A stretch of 64,000 bases of DNA from Eledone cirrhosa (taxonomy: Eukaryota): assembly GCA_964016885.1 (NCBI GenBank), contig OZ024742.1:78864001-78928000 (forward strand), written 5' to 3'. Shown here piece after piece: positions 25,106-39,162 of the stretch. The translations under genes were made by a program, and so were the position numbers. Numbering within the stretch: position 1 is the first letter of the stretch; each line of letters starts with the position of its first letter. The notes under the pieces were generated by a model, which worked only from the letters and a program-made list of their open reading frames with translations, was not told where the DNA came from and did no database searches.

Positions 25106-25278
25106 GTAAAATTCCATTATAACAAATAGCCTTATAACAAATTTTTCAGTATAACGAAAGTTTTTCTCAATCCTCGGCGATGCTCAGTGTGTTTGGGTTG
25201 ATCTCGTTATAAAGAATTTTTCGTTACAAATTTTTTTTATACCCTGTGAATTTCGTTATAACAAAATTTTATTATGTG
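25103..25278. mobile_element. Tigger/pogo-like MITE
   Basis: TA|CAGGTAAAATTCCATTATAACAAA at the left end, TTCGTTATAACAAAATTTTA at the right end, with internal repeated TATAACGAA motifs. Flanked by TA tracts. Confidence 0.6.
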
Positions 25279-25406
25279 TATATATATATATATTAGAAAT
25301 TAGAAATTATAAGCTTTCACCGTATTTTAGACTAAAGAAATTTCTAGCCTGATAGTGCAGTTTATAACCCTCGGAGAAATGGAAAAAGATGAGTGTTGAC
25401 GTACAT

Positions 25407-25462
<56 letters not shown>

Positions 25463-25517
25463 TGAGTCCAGAAATAGCTGTCGAAACGGCTTGAGCTCTG
25501 CCGTCGGGGTCATACTT

Positions 25518-25558
<41 letters not shown>

Positions 25559-25624
25559 CACACACACAGCCTTTACTATCGAATTTAGAGCCCGCTAGCT
25601 TTTGCTCAGTATGCAAATGAGCTT

Positions 25625-26620
25625 CATCTTAGTTCAAGCAGGAGGCCCCACAATGGTGTAGTAATGGCTCAAGAATCAATACATACAAAAGGGACAAGAG
25701 GAGACAACCTTTGCACACCAAGTGGATGATGCTGAATGGTTTTGAAAGATAACCATTCACTTTAATTACGGAACAGTTGCTGTGCATAGCAGTGATCAAG
25801 CCTCTGCAAACAAGCACGGTGCCAGTTGCCTTGAGGACTGCTGCCAGTTTGTAATGGTTGACCCTATTGAAAGCATTTAATGGATCTAAGTTGATCAGGG
25901 CCCTACCTGTGCCAAATTTCTTAGCCATCCTGTCTATGATGTATTGCATGAGGTAGAGGTTGTCATGGATGGATCTGTTTGGAGTAGTATATGTTTACAA
26001 CTCTTCTACCAAACCACTGACAAAAAGCGTTACCTCATTGTTAACCCTTGGCCAAAACTTTAAACACTGTATTTAGCAGAGTTATGAGCCTAAAGTTATC
26101 AATATGGTCACCTTTGTCTGTGTCCTTTCAGTATTGCCACTGCACCTTGGCACACTAAACTGGGAATTCACCTGTTCTCCTTCTGGTTGGTGTGGATGTC
26201 TGCTAAGATGTCAAACAAATCTGACATGTTTGTGTAAAGCTCATAGGGCAGACCATTCAAACAAAGTAATTTGCCTCTTGTGCATCGCATCCTGTATTTC
26301 ATTGGCTGTTATTGGCTTTTTGTAACACTCCACTGTCCTCACTGAGAGCTGTGACAGGCTATTGACATAGGCACTGAAATGCATCCCTCCATCCGGCCCA
26401 TTACTGCCCCGACATTTGCACAAAGTTTCACTAAAAAACCCACACATCTGCTTGGGATTGAGTACCCTGCACCCATCATGGTGTGCCAAAGACTGAATTG
26501 GGTCTTTGTTTTTATGCCTCACCTCCACCATTCAGGACCAGCGAATGACTTTTATTCCCTCACATCTAAGAGCATGTACCTTAATTCTGACAATGCAGCC
26601 TTCATACTTCACATTGGTCA
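25625..26620 (-). pseudogene. Decayed Tx1/L1-clade LINE reverse transcriptase fragment
   Basis: ALINLDPLNAFNRVNH..IKVNGYLSKPFSIIHLVCKGCLLLSLLYVLILEPLL is a decayed LDQ.KAFDRVDH and SVRQGCPLSPLLY.L.LEPLL. Upstream KPITANEIQDAM. Stops and frameshifts are present. Confidence 0.85.
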
Positions 26621-27540
26621 ACCTAAAGCTTTAGTAGAAAATATTTCCCCAAGCTACCGCACAGTGAGACTGGAGCAAGAGCCATACAGTTGTGAAGTGA
26701 ACTCATAAACCATACAACCATGCCTGTGCTGGTATATATATATAATGAGAATAACTAGAAACCCAGAATGTTAGCAAAGGTTTGTATCAGCTAAATGTAA
26801 AAGTAAATAAAATTTATAGAATAAGATGGGTTTTTATGGCATATATAGATGTTTTCAAAGAAGGGGCCCTACTTCAAATATTAGAACTCAAAAACAGAAA
26901 TTTATTTTATGATTTTAAATGTGTGTGTATGTGCATGCATGTTTAAGTGTGTTTGCATGTGTGTGTGAGTATGGAGAAAGATAGTATGCAGGAGAATGTG
27001 ATGTAGAAAAGAGGGAGAGAGAGTGTGAGACAGGAGAGTAAGTAACTAAGAAAGAAGGAGGACAGAAAAAGAAGAGAAAAAAAGAGGGAGAGAAAACACA
27101 AAAGAAAGTGATAGAGTGTAAAGGAAGGAGAGGATTTAACAAATGACAGCCATATCAACAAGAGACACAATATCCACTCTCCCATCATACCAGGGTTATA
27201 TCAAGTGTGAGTCACACACTACAGTGTTAACCAGCAATGATTGTCTTGTTTTTTATTATTTTGTTGGGCTTTTTTTTACAGGTCTGCAGTTGTCAATGTT
27301 GACAATAAAATGAACAAGTCTGGTGAGGTGAGAAAGTTGAGATTCTAAAAAGAAGACCCTTGTGCAAACAAGCTAACTCAAACAGAAATAGCAATGATAT
27401 CAGGTGTAGGTATAACAACATAGCTAAAGAGTTGCATGGCAACTATGTGGTTTTGGATTCACTCCTACACCATGACACCTTGGGCAAGTGTGACTTCTGT
27501 TATAGCTTCAGGTTGACAAATGCATTCATCATTATCATCA

Positions 27541-27700
27541 GCCATGCCTTGCAGCATAGAGTTACGGCCCTTTACGGTCTGAGTTCAAATACTGCCAAGG
27601 TTAACTTTGACTTTCATCCTTACAGAGTCAATAAAATAAAGTACCAGTAACGCACTGCGATAATTGCTGGCCTTGTGCTAACAGTAGAAACAACTATTAT
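27541..27700 (+). mobile_element. 5'-truncated Nin/Deu-like SINE
   Basis: CCATGCCTTGCAGCATAG..GAGTTCAAAT..CTTTCATCCTTACAGAGTCAATAAAATAAAGTACCAG..GTAGAAACAA. Confidence 0.8.
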
Positions 27701-28429
27701 TGTATTATATTCATTTTCCCAGTTAGCAAGGCTAGGATGTGTTGTCACGGACTAGTCAGTACTCAAGTGGTGTCTAAAATTTCCAGTTGGGCCAGCGGGT
27801 AGGCATCCAGCATACGATCCCACACTCTACCGGGTGCATTTCGTTGTGGCACCAACACTAGGGAAGTTGTCCTGACCTGGACATAACTGAAGAGTTCTTT
27901 CAACCCATTGTTTGGCTAGTTTTCTTATAGCTCAATGCCCTTCCTATCACCAACCACTTTATAGAGTCTAGTGGGTGCATTTATTATGTAGATTAAATAA
28001 TCCTAGAATGGTTGTTCGGCCCCTGACACAACTAAAGAGTACTCTCCACCATCTTGGCATGGTTTCTACAGCAGGTTGCCTTTTCTATCACCAACTACCT
28101 TACAAGGTGTACTGGATGTATGTATTGTGATGTTGGCAATAGAGAGGTTGTTGTTATTGATCCAAATGAAGATTCCTCTCCACCATATGGACAGGTGTGG
28201 GGTGTATATTATGGGTAGTGAGTTAATTATATATATATCATTATTTAATATAGAAATGGCTTCTACAGAACTAGCTCTACTCACTCACAATATATATATA
28301 TATATAAAATTAGTTACAACAGTGACATCTACATGTACTTAAGTTTCATTGGGTTGTTTACCCCAACTAATTTAGCCAGTTATAAAAGAAAAATGGCTTC
28401 CCTCCATGAAGATTTTAGAAAGTATCAGA

Positions 28430-29085
28430 ATATCATCATCGTCATCGACACTGTTTAACGCACATTTTTCCATGCTAGCATGGGTTAGACAAGTTATCCC
28501 GTTGTGAGACAAGCCAGATCAGATGACGGCTTGATACCCTTCCTAATGCCAACAATATTTACAGTCTGTACTGGGTGTTTTTTGTCATGACATCTACAAG
28601 ACCAGTTTACAGTGTGGGCTGGGGGCTTTTTGTTGTGATACCTACAGAACCACTACACAATGTGGGCTGGGTTTTTTGTTGTCATCTCAATACCATACAA
28701 CATGACTGCTCATATACACACATCATACAATCTGCCTTTCATTTTGATGGAAAAACCTTTAGTAGCTAGCAGCTATAGTAGCTCCCTGAACATTTTCCAT
28801 CCTGTCCTCACTCTGGCTACTGTACTTTCCAAACAACCACCTCCACTGCTAATTTAGTCACCCAGGTAACAGAAGCTGTGAACTCCTCCTACAGAACCTT
28901 ACAAGAATTTGATAGCACTTGTTTCCTGTGAACATTTATTACTTACAGCACATGTACAATGGCCACATGTAAAACTTACATTATTAGCTAGCTTACCTTG
29001 GATCCCACTACATCTTTTGGGCACCCATAGCTTGCATTTGGGACAGAGGATGGAATTTCTACCCACCCCTTTCCTGCACAAAGTA
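28430..29085 (-). mobile_element. Older, internally deleted RTE LINE relic (PHD region and tail)
   Basis: [41 protein letters not shown] and adjacent sequence homologous to about 20470-20835. 3' UTR-like sequence lies at 28430-28690. Confidence 0.85.
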
Positions 29086-30476
29086 GTATAATGGGATTTA
29101 AAGGATGAATACAAACAACATGAATTTTGTCTACTCAGTATATGTATCATATATATATCATCATCATCATTTAATCTAGTGGTTTAACAAAAAATTAATT
29201 AATCTTTCATAAATTTCACACCAGACCACTTGAAAGTCATTCTGGTTTCACAATACTAAGCTGTTTATTTTCAAGTGTTTATATTTAATTTATCTAAATA
29301 TTTACCATTATAAATTTATTGATAAAATGTCTTAAGTTATGCTCCAAACACAAGTTTAATAATAAGTAAATTAATTACATTATTAAATTCCTACAAATTC
29401 TTGATTATTTTCAAAATTATTTGAAAACCATAAGCAGTGTCCTTCCTTGATATATGGTAAGGAAAGGACGTATAAGATAGTACAAATAGTAGCCCAATCT
29501 CCCTCAAGTCATTCCTGTTGCTTTGTGAAGTGGTCGTGGAGACAAAAGGTGCCCAATTTACATTGTAAAATGCACGTTTTGGAGTCACTACATAAGTGCC
29601 CAGTCCACACTGTAAAGTGGTTGTCTTGGTGCCATGATAAAAGGCACCCAGTTGACACTGTAAATGGGGTTGGCATTAGGAAGGACATCCAGTTGAAGAA
29701 ACCAAGCCAGAAACAGTCCTAGATGAACAAGACATGGTTATGTGATCTGACTTGTCTCACAATGGGATGACCTCTCTAACCAATGATAGCATGGAAAATG
29801 GAGATTAAATGGTGATGATGAAAGATACATTGGATGATGATGTCTCTGATATACAAAGGGACAGGATGATCATAGCTGGAATGTATTTGATTATAGTTAT
29901 AATTAATCAGAGCTGACCATACTGCATTATCAACAGCAACAAGGGATGAACAAAGAAAGAGCCAATAATTCATTCCTTGATCCAAAATCAGTGGATATCT
30001 TTTCTGTACTCAAACTGCTTTTACATAATTGGCTACAACACAGAAAATAAAATTAGACATTTGCTCATGATGGATCCTCAGTCAGTTTCAATGATAAGCA
30101 TTAAGTTATTTGATCAACTGAACAACATACAATATATGACAAAGCCAAGCCTTTTAATTGCAGATACAATTAATCCAACAGACTTCTACAGTTTCTGCCT
30201 CGCCTAATTTTACTCATAAGTTTTGGATCAACCTGAGACTATGCTAAAGACATTTGACAAAGATGGTATGCAGTGAAATCAAACCCATACCCAATAAAAG
30301 AAAATCATATATAGATATTATACACATACAAATAGCATATGGGACTATGGATTGTTTCCATCAAACTAATTTTACTCATGTGGCTGTGGTCAACCAATGG
30401 TTATACTAAAACACTCTTGCAAACTGTGCAGTAGGATCTAAATAATATAAAATATATTTTTATGAACACCAATATA

Positions 30477-31130
30477 TGAGACCTGGCCGCTGTGTGTAGA
30501 AGACTTGTGTAGATTAGAAAGAAACAAAGCCTGCATGCTCCAATGGATGTGTAATAGTAATATACACAAACGGCAAAGCATAAACAAATTGAGAGAGGGA
30601 CTGAGGATAAGAGGAATCAAATGCTGGGTGCGGATAGGAGGTTGCATTGGTGTGGACATGTGATGCGTATGAAGGATGATAGCTGCATACAAAGGTGCAG
30701 AGCACTAGAAGTCGATGGAAGCCACGGAGTGGGGAGACCCAAGAAGACCTGGGATGAGGTGATAAAAGCCGACCTTACCCAATTGCACCTCTTAAAGGTG
30801 ATGACACAGGACCGTGACATTTGGCGTTACACAGTAATACAAAAGACCCAACTCCCCACGGATATAATGTAGGTGCCACAACAAAAAAACACCCAGCCCA
30901 CACTGTAAAGTGGATGTGTGGGCGCCACGGATAAAAAGCACCCAGCACTCACTCTAAATGAGATTGGTGTTAGGAAGGGCATCCAGCTGTAGAAATCAAG
31001 CCAGAATCAGTTCCAGTATGAGCAAGGCAAGGTCAGTCGACCGGACACTGCCCACAACAGGACAACCCGTCTAACCCATGCTAGTGTGGAAGAATGGACG
31101 TAAAATGGTGATGATGAGGATGATGATGAT
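30477..31130 (+). mobile_element. Older 5'-truncated RTE LINE relic
   Basis: [42 protein letters not shown], then the 3' UTR and a (GAT)n tail. Confidence 0.9.
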
Positions 31131-32606
31131 ATATATGAATGTGTAAGGTAACTAATACAACTAATCCATTCTTACACCTTTTGTACCATTAAGCTTGTCT
31201 GGGCAAATGTACCCATCACATGCTATTCATAATTGTATGTATATGAGAGGGTGAATATGTGTGTGTATTTCTTTTGTGTCAGTTATCTTATGTTGAATTT
31301 AGTGAACCATGTCTGCAAACATGACAGGTATCATGTTTTTATCTGATGTAGGTTTCATAATTTCAAATTATGCTGGTTTTCAATATTTGACTTACACTAG
31401 ATAGCTGTATAATAACACGCAAGCCTTCTATCTGTAAATGACACATACATATTGTTGTTTGAAATCACAACCATTGTATTACAGTTACTTATTCATCTGA
31501 AACATCTGCCGTGAGAGATATGAAAAGTTAATTTCAAATCTGTGAGTATTTCCATCTAAGAAGGAGTGAGGCAGCTACTATTCAATACAACCAGTATTCA
31601 TTATTGAAGTATGATTATAAAAACAATTTAATATTGAAATGTGATATTAAGTGGTAATGCAAATACATACAGCATGAAATCTCAGTTTTTAATTGTTATG
31701 TATTGAGTACGCTTCCTTCAAATTTGTGTACACACCCCCTACACATAATATATCATTACATGATTATATCCAAGGATCTCCCTTGATAATGGATGGTACA
31801 TAAATTACTAAGGTAACAATCAGTCATTCTTGTCATTTTACTTTTCTCCTTCTCCCACTTTTTGCCTTCTACCTCACCACTCTCAATTCACTTCTGATTT
31901 GTTGCCTCCATAATTAAAACACACCTGCATTGTACAGCTTTCTAAACATACCCACTTTTCACTCATATATATCTATATATACTAACAAAATTAAAGATAT
32001 CATGTCTGAGAAAATCAGAAACATGAACCATACCACCTGTAGAAGATCAAAGATTCCAAGGAATAAATGGGGCACAGTGTATTTTAACAAACGACATGTG
32101 CTTTTCTTTGTTATTCCTTGATTTGTTCTTAGAGTGTGATCATGGTTAGTTTCAAATCCTATCCTTTGCTGAGGATCCAGGGTTTAAGATCTATGATTCA
32201 CCTATTAATTGATGAAATATATTTCTTTAATGGAATATATACAACGGAGATTAAATATTATTGCAAGGTATCTATATTCAAAGTTCTCGTTAAATTTTAA
32301 TGTTTGATATATATATATATATATATAGTCATTTTGGAAGCCTCAATAATGCAGATGGGTAAATCTCCAGGTAAGAAAACCAGGTGGTATTGAGAGAGGG
32401 AGAAGTAGGAGGAAGCGTAGAATGAGACATAAAGAGTGTAAAAGAACGTAAGAAAGGTGTAAAAAGTAACAAGAGATAGAGTTACCTTTGAAGCAATTTA
32501 ATAGTCCCTATATTTCCCATCTATCAACAGGGGGGTTTTCCAAGAGGAAAGAGGTGTGTTGGAGAATGACAACATGTCGTCTTTGTTGTTTACCATGTGC
32601 ATATAT

Positions 32607-33253
32607 ATATTTGGACTCTTCTTGAATGTTGGCAAAACAAAATTTATACACCTCAATGCAACGTCAAATGAACAAATGCATGCACTGGATGGTTTGGAGA
32701 TTGAGGAGGCCAATGACTTCTTGTATCTTGGCAGTTTTATGAACACTGAGCACAATGTGGTTACCAGGATGGGCAAGGCATGGGGAGCTCTCAATTCCCT
32801 TTCAAATGTGTGATAAAGAAAACTTAAAAAGTGACGCAATTCAAAGTTGAGTCCATTCTTCTTTACGGATGTGAGTTATGGAAACTGACAAACCACTCAC
32901 AAAGAGGATTAATGGTATATTCACCAGGATACTGAGAAAGGTCTATCCTGGAGAACATGTGTTGCAAAGAAATTGCTTTATAGTTCACACCTTTGCCTTT
33001 CTGACATCATAAGGCGTAAGAGGCTCCCATTAATCAGACATGTGAAACATTACAATGAACCTGCTTGTAGAGTCCTTTTCTGGAAACCTGATGCATGCAG
33101 ACGGGTTGGATGACCAACCACAATGCTGAAGGATGTTCTTGAAGATGATACAGAGCTGGAAGCAGAGGAAATTCAGATGGTAATGCTAGACAAGGTGAGC
33201 TGGAGGAGGAATTTCATTATAGCACCAGTACCAGATGTCTAGAAGAAGAAGAA
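32607..33253 (+). mobile_element. Decayed LINE of a different RTE-like family with a (GAA)n tail
   Basis: GLFLNVGKTKFIHLN..DGLEIEEANDFLYLGS..RMGKAWGALNSL, VESILLYGCELW and LFWKP..RRVG. Ends AGAAGAAGAAGAA. Confidence 0.8.
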
Positions 33254-33486
33254 TATATACATACATATGTATGTATTATCATGCATGATTCTATACCAAT
33301 ATGAATCTCTATCTCCCCCCGCCCCCAACAAGTATGTGTGTATGACTAAATATATATACATACATAACTATATGTATGTATACATATTTATATGTATGCA
33401 TATATATTTATATGTATGCATATATATCTATATGTATGAATACATATTGATATGTATGCATACATATTTATATGCGTGTATATATA

Positions 33487-33538
<52 letters not shown>

Positions 33539-34699
33539 AATAAATCTACCAAAATATACGGTAGTGTCCAATATATATATATGTGTATGTATGTATATTC
33601 AGCAGACAGATGAGAAGAAATATTTTGATAAAATCAGAAACAGGAAATAGCCCCTTACATACATTCTTCCCTGACACCAGAAACTTAAAAGAATTCCGTG
33701 GGAATACAATTATAGAGATAAATATAATATACACATGCATAAGGCTGTGTGTGTGTGTTTATGTGTCTAAATACCACCTTCACCACCACCATCTTCTTAC
33801 CACTAATATACACATGTATAAGACTGTGTGTATGTTTATGTGTCTAAATACCATCACCATCACTTGTGCTTATATGTTTAAATACCACTGCAACCATCAC
33901 CTTCAATCACGCATATCTATAAACATCTTATTTTACTAGGGAATTTATATATCCATGTTGTATGATGTATGGTGGATGTGCAAACACACACACATATGAA
34001 TAGACACATATATATAAATCTATATTAACTTGTCTTACATTAGAATCTAAATTAACAAAAAATATTTTACCTTTTTCCACTTCCACCATCACCACATACA
34101 TTATTGTGTATGAGCTATCATAGGAGACTATATGATTACCCAAACTTCTAGAAATGGCAGCCAAATCTCACAGAAATATGTCCCAACACTTCTGACAAAT
34201 GGATCAAAACACTGTGTTCCTAAATACTTTGATAAAAACATGATTATTGTTTCTGGAACGTTTTTGATCATATATCTACTCAAACAGTGGAGACACATAG
34301 CCTAGTGGTCGGAGTGTTAGACTTAAAATCCTAATCTCATGGGTTTGAACCCTGAACTGAGTTGTGTAAAACATTTTCTTTCACATTCCTCCAGTATATT
34401 CATCTGAAAACGAGTACCAGCAATAGCTGGGGATTAACCCTGCAATGGATTAGTATCATCTCCAGGGGGAGTACTCTCAGTCGCTGCACATCATGGAAAC
34501 TGGGATAAGCATCAGTCTGATCAGTCTATGGGCTCAAGACAGATTTTAGACTACTAGAAAAGGACTGACATGGAGCTAAACAATAAGGTATATTTAGCCA
34601 CATGATCCATTCTAGTGTTACAGTGAAACCTTCACAATGATCTATTCCTTGTCTTTCAAACTACAACTATATAGTTACATGTCAAGCCATCTTGATGGT

Positions 34700-35460
34700 T
34701 ACATAATCAATCATAGCAAGGTGTTTGCTAAATATCTGTAGTGTATTGTATGAAGATGTTATAATGGTGAAACCATCAATCATAGTTAAAAGTGTTAGCT
34801 AAACATCTGTAAGGTATAACATAGGACATTATGATGGTGAGACAATCACAGTTAAAAGTGCTAGCTGAATAACTGTAGTGTGTGTCATAAAACCTTATGG
34901 GGTAAGACAGCTAGAGCTAAAAGTGCTAGCTGTATAACTGTAGTGTATGACATAAAACCCTATGATGGTGAGACAATCACAGCTAAAAGATCTAGCTAAA
35001 TAACTGTAGTGTATGACATAAAATCCTATGATGGTGAGATAGTCAGAGCTAAAACTTGCTAGCTCAATAGTTATTTAGTGTGTGTCATAAAACCCTATGA
35101 GGGTGAGACAATCACAGCTAAAAGATCTAGCTAAATAACTGTAGTGTATGACATAAAATCCTATGATGGTGAGATAGTCAGAGCTAAAACTTGCTAGCTC
35201 AATAGTTATTTAGTGTGTGTCATAAAACCCTATGAGGGTGAGACAATCACAGCTAAAAGTTCTAGCTAAATAACTGTAGTGTATGACATAAAATCCTATG
35301 ATGGTGAGACAGTCACAGCTAAAACTTGCTAGCTAAATAGTTATTTAGTGTGTGTCATAAAACCCTATGAGGGTGAGACAATCACAGCTAAAAGTTCTAG
35401 CTAAATAACTGTAGTGTATGACATAAAATCCTATGATGGTGAGACAGTCACAGCTAAAAG
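34700..35460. repeat. Minisatellite with alternating 66-bp and 69-bp units (135-bp higher-order dimer)
   Basis: TATGA(T/G)GGTGAGA recurs at 34961, 35027, 35096, 35162, 35231, 35297, 35366 and 35432. More diverged monomers lie upstream. Confidence 0.92.
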
Positions 35461-36939
35461 GCATCAAAATTAGCTGAATCAGGTATTTATTTCCTGTTCT
35501 CTGTATTCTAATCCTGCTGACATCCACTTTGCCTTTCATTCTTTCAAAGTGAATACATAAACTATCAGTCAAGGTTGATGGAGTGGCAGGATTGTTTGAA
35601 CTCTGAAGGAAATACTTTACATCATACATTTCTGCTTTGTGTATTCTGTATTGAACTCCTGCCTCTTGCTACTGGGAAAATGATGATATATTAAGACTGG
35701 GACCTCAATCAGTAGAGCACTCAAGAAACCTCCTATGAGATGCAACTTCAAAGGAGGTCAGCAGAACAGCATTGCTATCATAATGGCGTCAACAGCCTCA
35801 TAATGCCATCAACAGCAACAATAATATAAACAGTAACATTGCCAACATTAGGGACAACATCATCATCATCATCAACCACAATATTAATGACATATTTGAA
35901 AGCAATGTCAATAACTGTGTCAACAACAGCAATAACATCAGCAATATAATAACATAATCAATGACATTATAGCTACCATGGACATCAACATCATCAACAA
36001 CATCAACAACAACACAATATCAACAAAAAACATCATCTGCAATCATCAACCCCAATGTCAATAACATATTTCAAAATAACAGCATCAACATCAACAACAT
36101 AAACATCAGCAATGACAACAATATTGACATTAACAACATCAACACCAACAACATCAACTTCAATTCTTTGAATCCTGTATTATTCCTCCTTCTTCCCTCT
36201 CTCTATATTTCTGTCTGTCTGCAGGCATAGGTGAAACGAATTGTTCAAATACTCTAATAACATACAGGAAGACAATCACTCTAGTCCATATTCCATTCAC
36301 TATATGTTCATATACCCAACCCTTACAGCAAACACCTCACCAACACCTTGAAATACACACTCCATACCATCCACATCCATGTAAATACCCCATTTATTAT
36401 AACATCCCACCCTACTCCACTGCACTCTGCCACTGCCATCAATAATCTAGCTCACCTCACATGCACCACCACCAACGCCAGCTATAAAAATTCCCCTTCC
36501 TATCTATCTACCATTCCATTATATGAATATATCAATAAATCATAAACTTACCATCCCTTCCTTCATTGCTCTCAACAGAAACACATTCCTACCCTTAATA
36601 AATCCCCTGCCACCACTCACCCTTGCAAATACCCCCAACATAGTCATCACCACCACACCACCATCAAAACCAACACTATAAACATTGCAACCCCTCCATC
36701 CACATCACTACAACTGCCATCATCACCAGTACAACCATCACCACCACCACCACCACCACTAATAATAACACTGTTACCAGTACAACCACCATCAGTACCA
36801 CCACCACAACTACCTACACCACAACTAATATCACCACCACCTCTAACAACAACACTATTACCATCACAACCAGTACAACCACCATCATCAGTACCACCAA
36901 CACAACTACCACAACCACTATCCCCAACACCACTAATAA

Positions 36940-37190
36940 CAACACTATTACCATGACCACCAGTACCTATACAACCACCAACACCACAACTACTATCTTC
37001 ACCACTACTAATAACAACACTATTACCATGACCACCAGTACCTATACAACCACCAACACCACAACTACTATCTTCACCACTACTAATAACAACACTATTA
37101 CCATGACCACCAGTACCTATACAACCACCAACACCACAACTACTATCTTCACCACTACTAATAACAACACTATTACCATGACCATCAATA
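36940..37190. repeat. 75-bp perfect tandem repeat (about 3.3 copies) inside an (ACC/ACA)-rich low-complexity tract (about 36640-37620)
   Basis: TATTACCATGACCA recurs at 36946, 37021, 37096 and 37171. Confidence 0.92.
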
Positions 37191-37689
37191 AACATCAATA
37201 AAATAGAGACAAAAACATTACTCACCAACACCAACCAGTAACAAGACATATAACTATTACAACTACTGATACCATCACCAACACTAATACTACCATCAAC
37301 ACTAACACTACCTCATCTACCACCAACACTACTCCAATCCCTACCACTATCAAGACACCACCACCATCAATGACACTACCACCACCACTGAAACCACAAG
37401 TACTATCACCATAATCACCACTCAAACCACCCCCACTACCACTTGCATATCCATCATGCCCCACCCCGCAATACAACAAAAATAATGGAGAAATCACATC
37501 ATTTGCTACCATCACCACCACCACCACCACAACAACGACCCCCACCACCATAACAACCACCACCTCCATCCCCACCACCACCACCACAAAAACAACGACC
37601 ATCACCACCATCACCACCACAAAAACAGTAATATGTTAAACAAAAACATATTAAGGACAGACATACAAACATCCAGACAGACAGATGGT

Positions 37690-38324
37690 GAAAGAGAGAG
37701 TTGTAGAAGGAGAGAGGGGGAGATATAGGAGAGAGAAAGAGTTGTAGGAGAGGAGGGGGGATATAGAAAGAGAGAGATGAGAAGCAGAGATGTGAAAAAG
37801 GAAAGAGAGAGAGGTGTAGAAAGGAGAGGTAGAGATGGAGAGTGAGAGAGATGTAGAGAGGAGAGAGAGAGAGAGATGTAGAAGGAGAAAGAGAAATGTG
37901 TAGAAGATAGATGAGGAAGTGTAGGTGATGCAGAAAGAAGGGAGTGTGAGAGGTGAGGTAGGAGAAATAAATAAAGAGTGGGAGCAAAAAAGAAACAAAT
38001 AGAAAGAGACAAAAAGAAAAAAAGGAATAAAAATATGATAGAGGGAGATAGGACAAGAAAGAGAGGGTGAGAGGGCAAGAGATAGAGAGAGAGGGCAAGA
38101 GAGAGAGGGAGAGAAATGGAAAAGGAGAGGGAGAGAGATTTAGAAGGAGAGATAGGCAAAGTGGGATAATTAAATAAAGAGTGGGCACAGAAAATAGACA
38201 TAGAGAGGACAAGGAAAAAAGGGAGAGAGAGAGCAAGAAAGAGAGAGAGAGAGCAAGAAAGAAAGAGAGAGTGGGAGAGCCAGAAAGAGAGGGTCATAAA
38301 GAGCAAGAAAGAGAGGAAGAGAGG

Positions 38325-38355
<31 letters not shown>

Positions 38356-38620
38356 CAAGAAAGAGAAAGGGAGAGAGGGCAAGATAGAGACAGAGAGAGG
38401 GTGAGAGGACAAGAAAGAAAGAGGGAGAGAGGACAAGAAAGAGAAAAGGAGAGAAGTAGTGATTTATGAAAGAAGCTGCAAAAGACAAGAAAGAGGTAGA
38501 ATTTATGAAAATGAAAAGAAGAAAGGAAATATAGAAAAGACTGAGCATGAAATGTTGAAGAGATCTAGAAAGAAGTGAGGACAAAAAAAAAAATGAGAGA
38601 GAGAGAGAGAGAGAAGGAAA
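37690..38620. repeat. Long GA-rich polypurine tract
   Basis: Nearly all A/G on the plus strand. A CT-rich counterpart lies at about 45610-46200. Confidence 0.9.
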
Positions 38621-39162
38621 ATACTAGTGGTTGAGAACCTGAGTGTGATGGGTTTAGTATGGAGAGGGATAGAGAGGTGCAGCTGACGGCTCACTGGTGG
38701 CAAAGAAGAAAGTTAAATCGAACATCAAAGTGAGATAATACTTTCCTTTCATATGACAGATGTCATGCCTGCATCTTATTTTGACACAGCATCAGTACCT
38801 GACATGCTTGTTGGAGAGTGAGAGAGAGAAAGAAAGGAAGAAGAATGAGCAAGAAGGAAGCTGTGAACTAGCATATATATATATGCACAAACATGTACAT
38901 TCCTGCACATAATATATATATATATATATGTCTGTGTGTGTTTGTAGATGTAATATTCACACGGACACAAACATACAATGAATACATATAAACATTATCA
39001 CATTTGTCAAGCCTGATGGCATGTTATGCAAAATCTTGCTATGAAAAATGTTTTCCTATTCCTGTTATTAAAGAAGAAAACAAGATTTCACAGACACTCA
39101 TACACACACTCATATACATATATAAAGAGATAGATATAGATACACACACACACACACATACA

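Noticed and set aside
34700-35460. CRISPR-like array
   Set aside because: The units are contiguous tandem repeats without unique spacers, in a eukaryotic context with no cas genes.
36647-38584. Gly/Cys-rich, Thr-rich and Leu/Ser-rich ORFs
   Set aside because: They are translations of ACC-rich and GA-rich low-complexity tracts.
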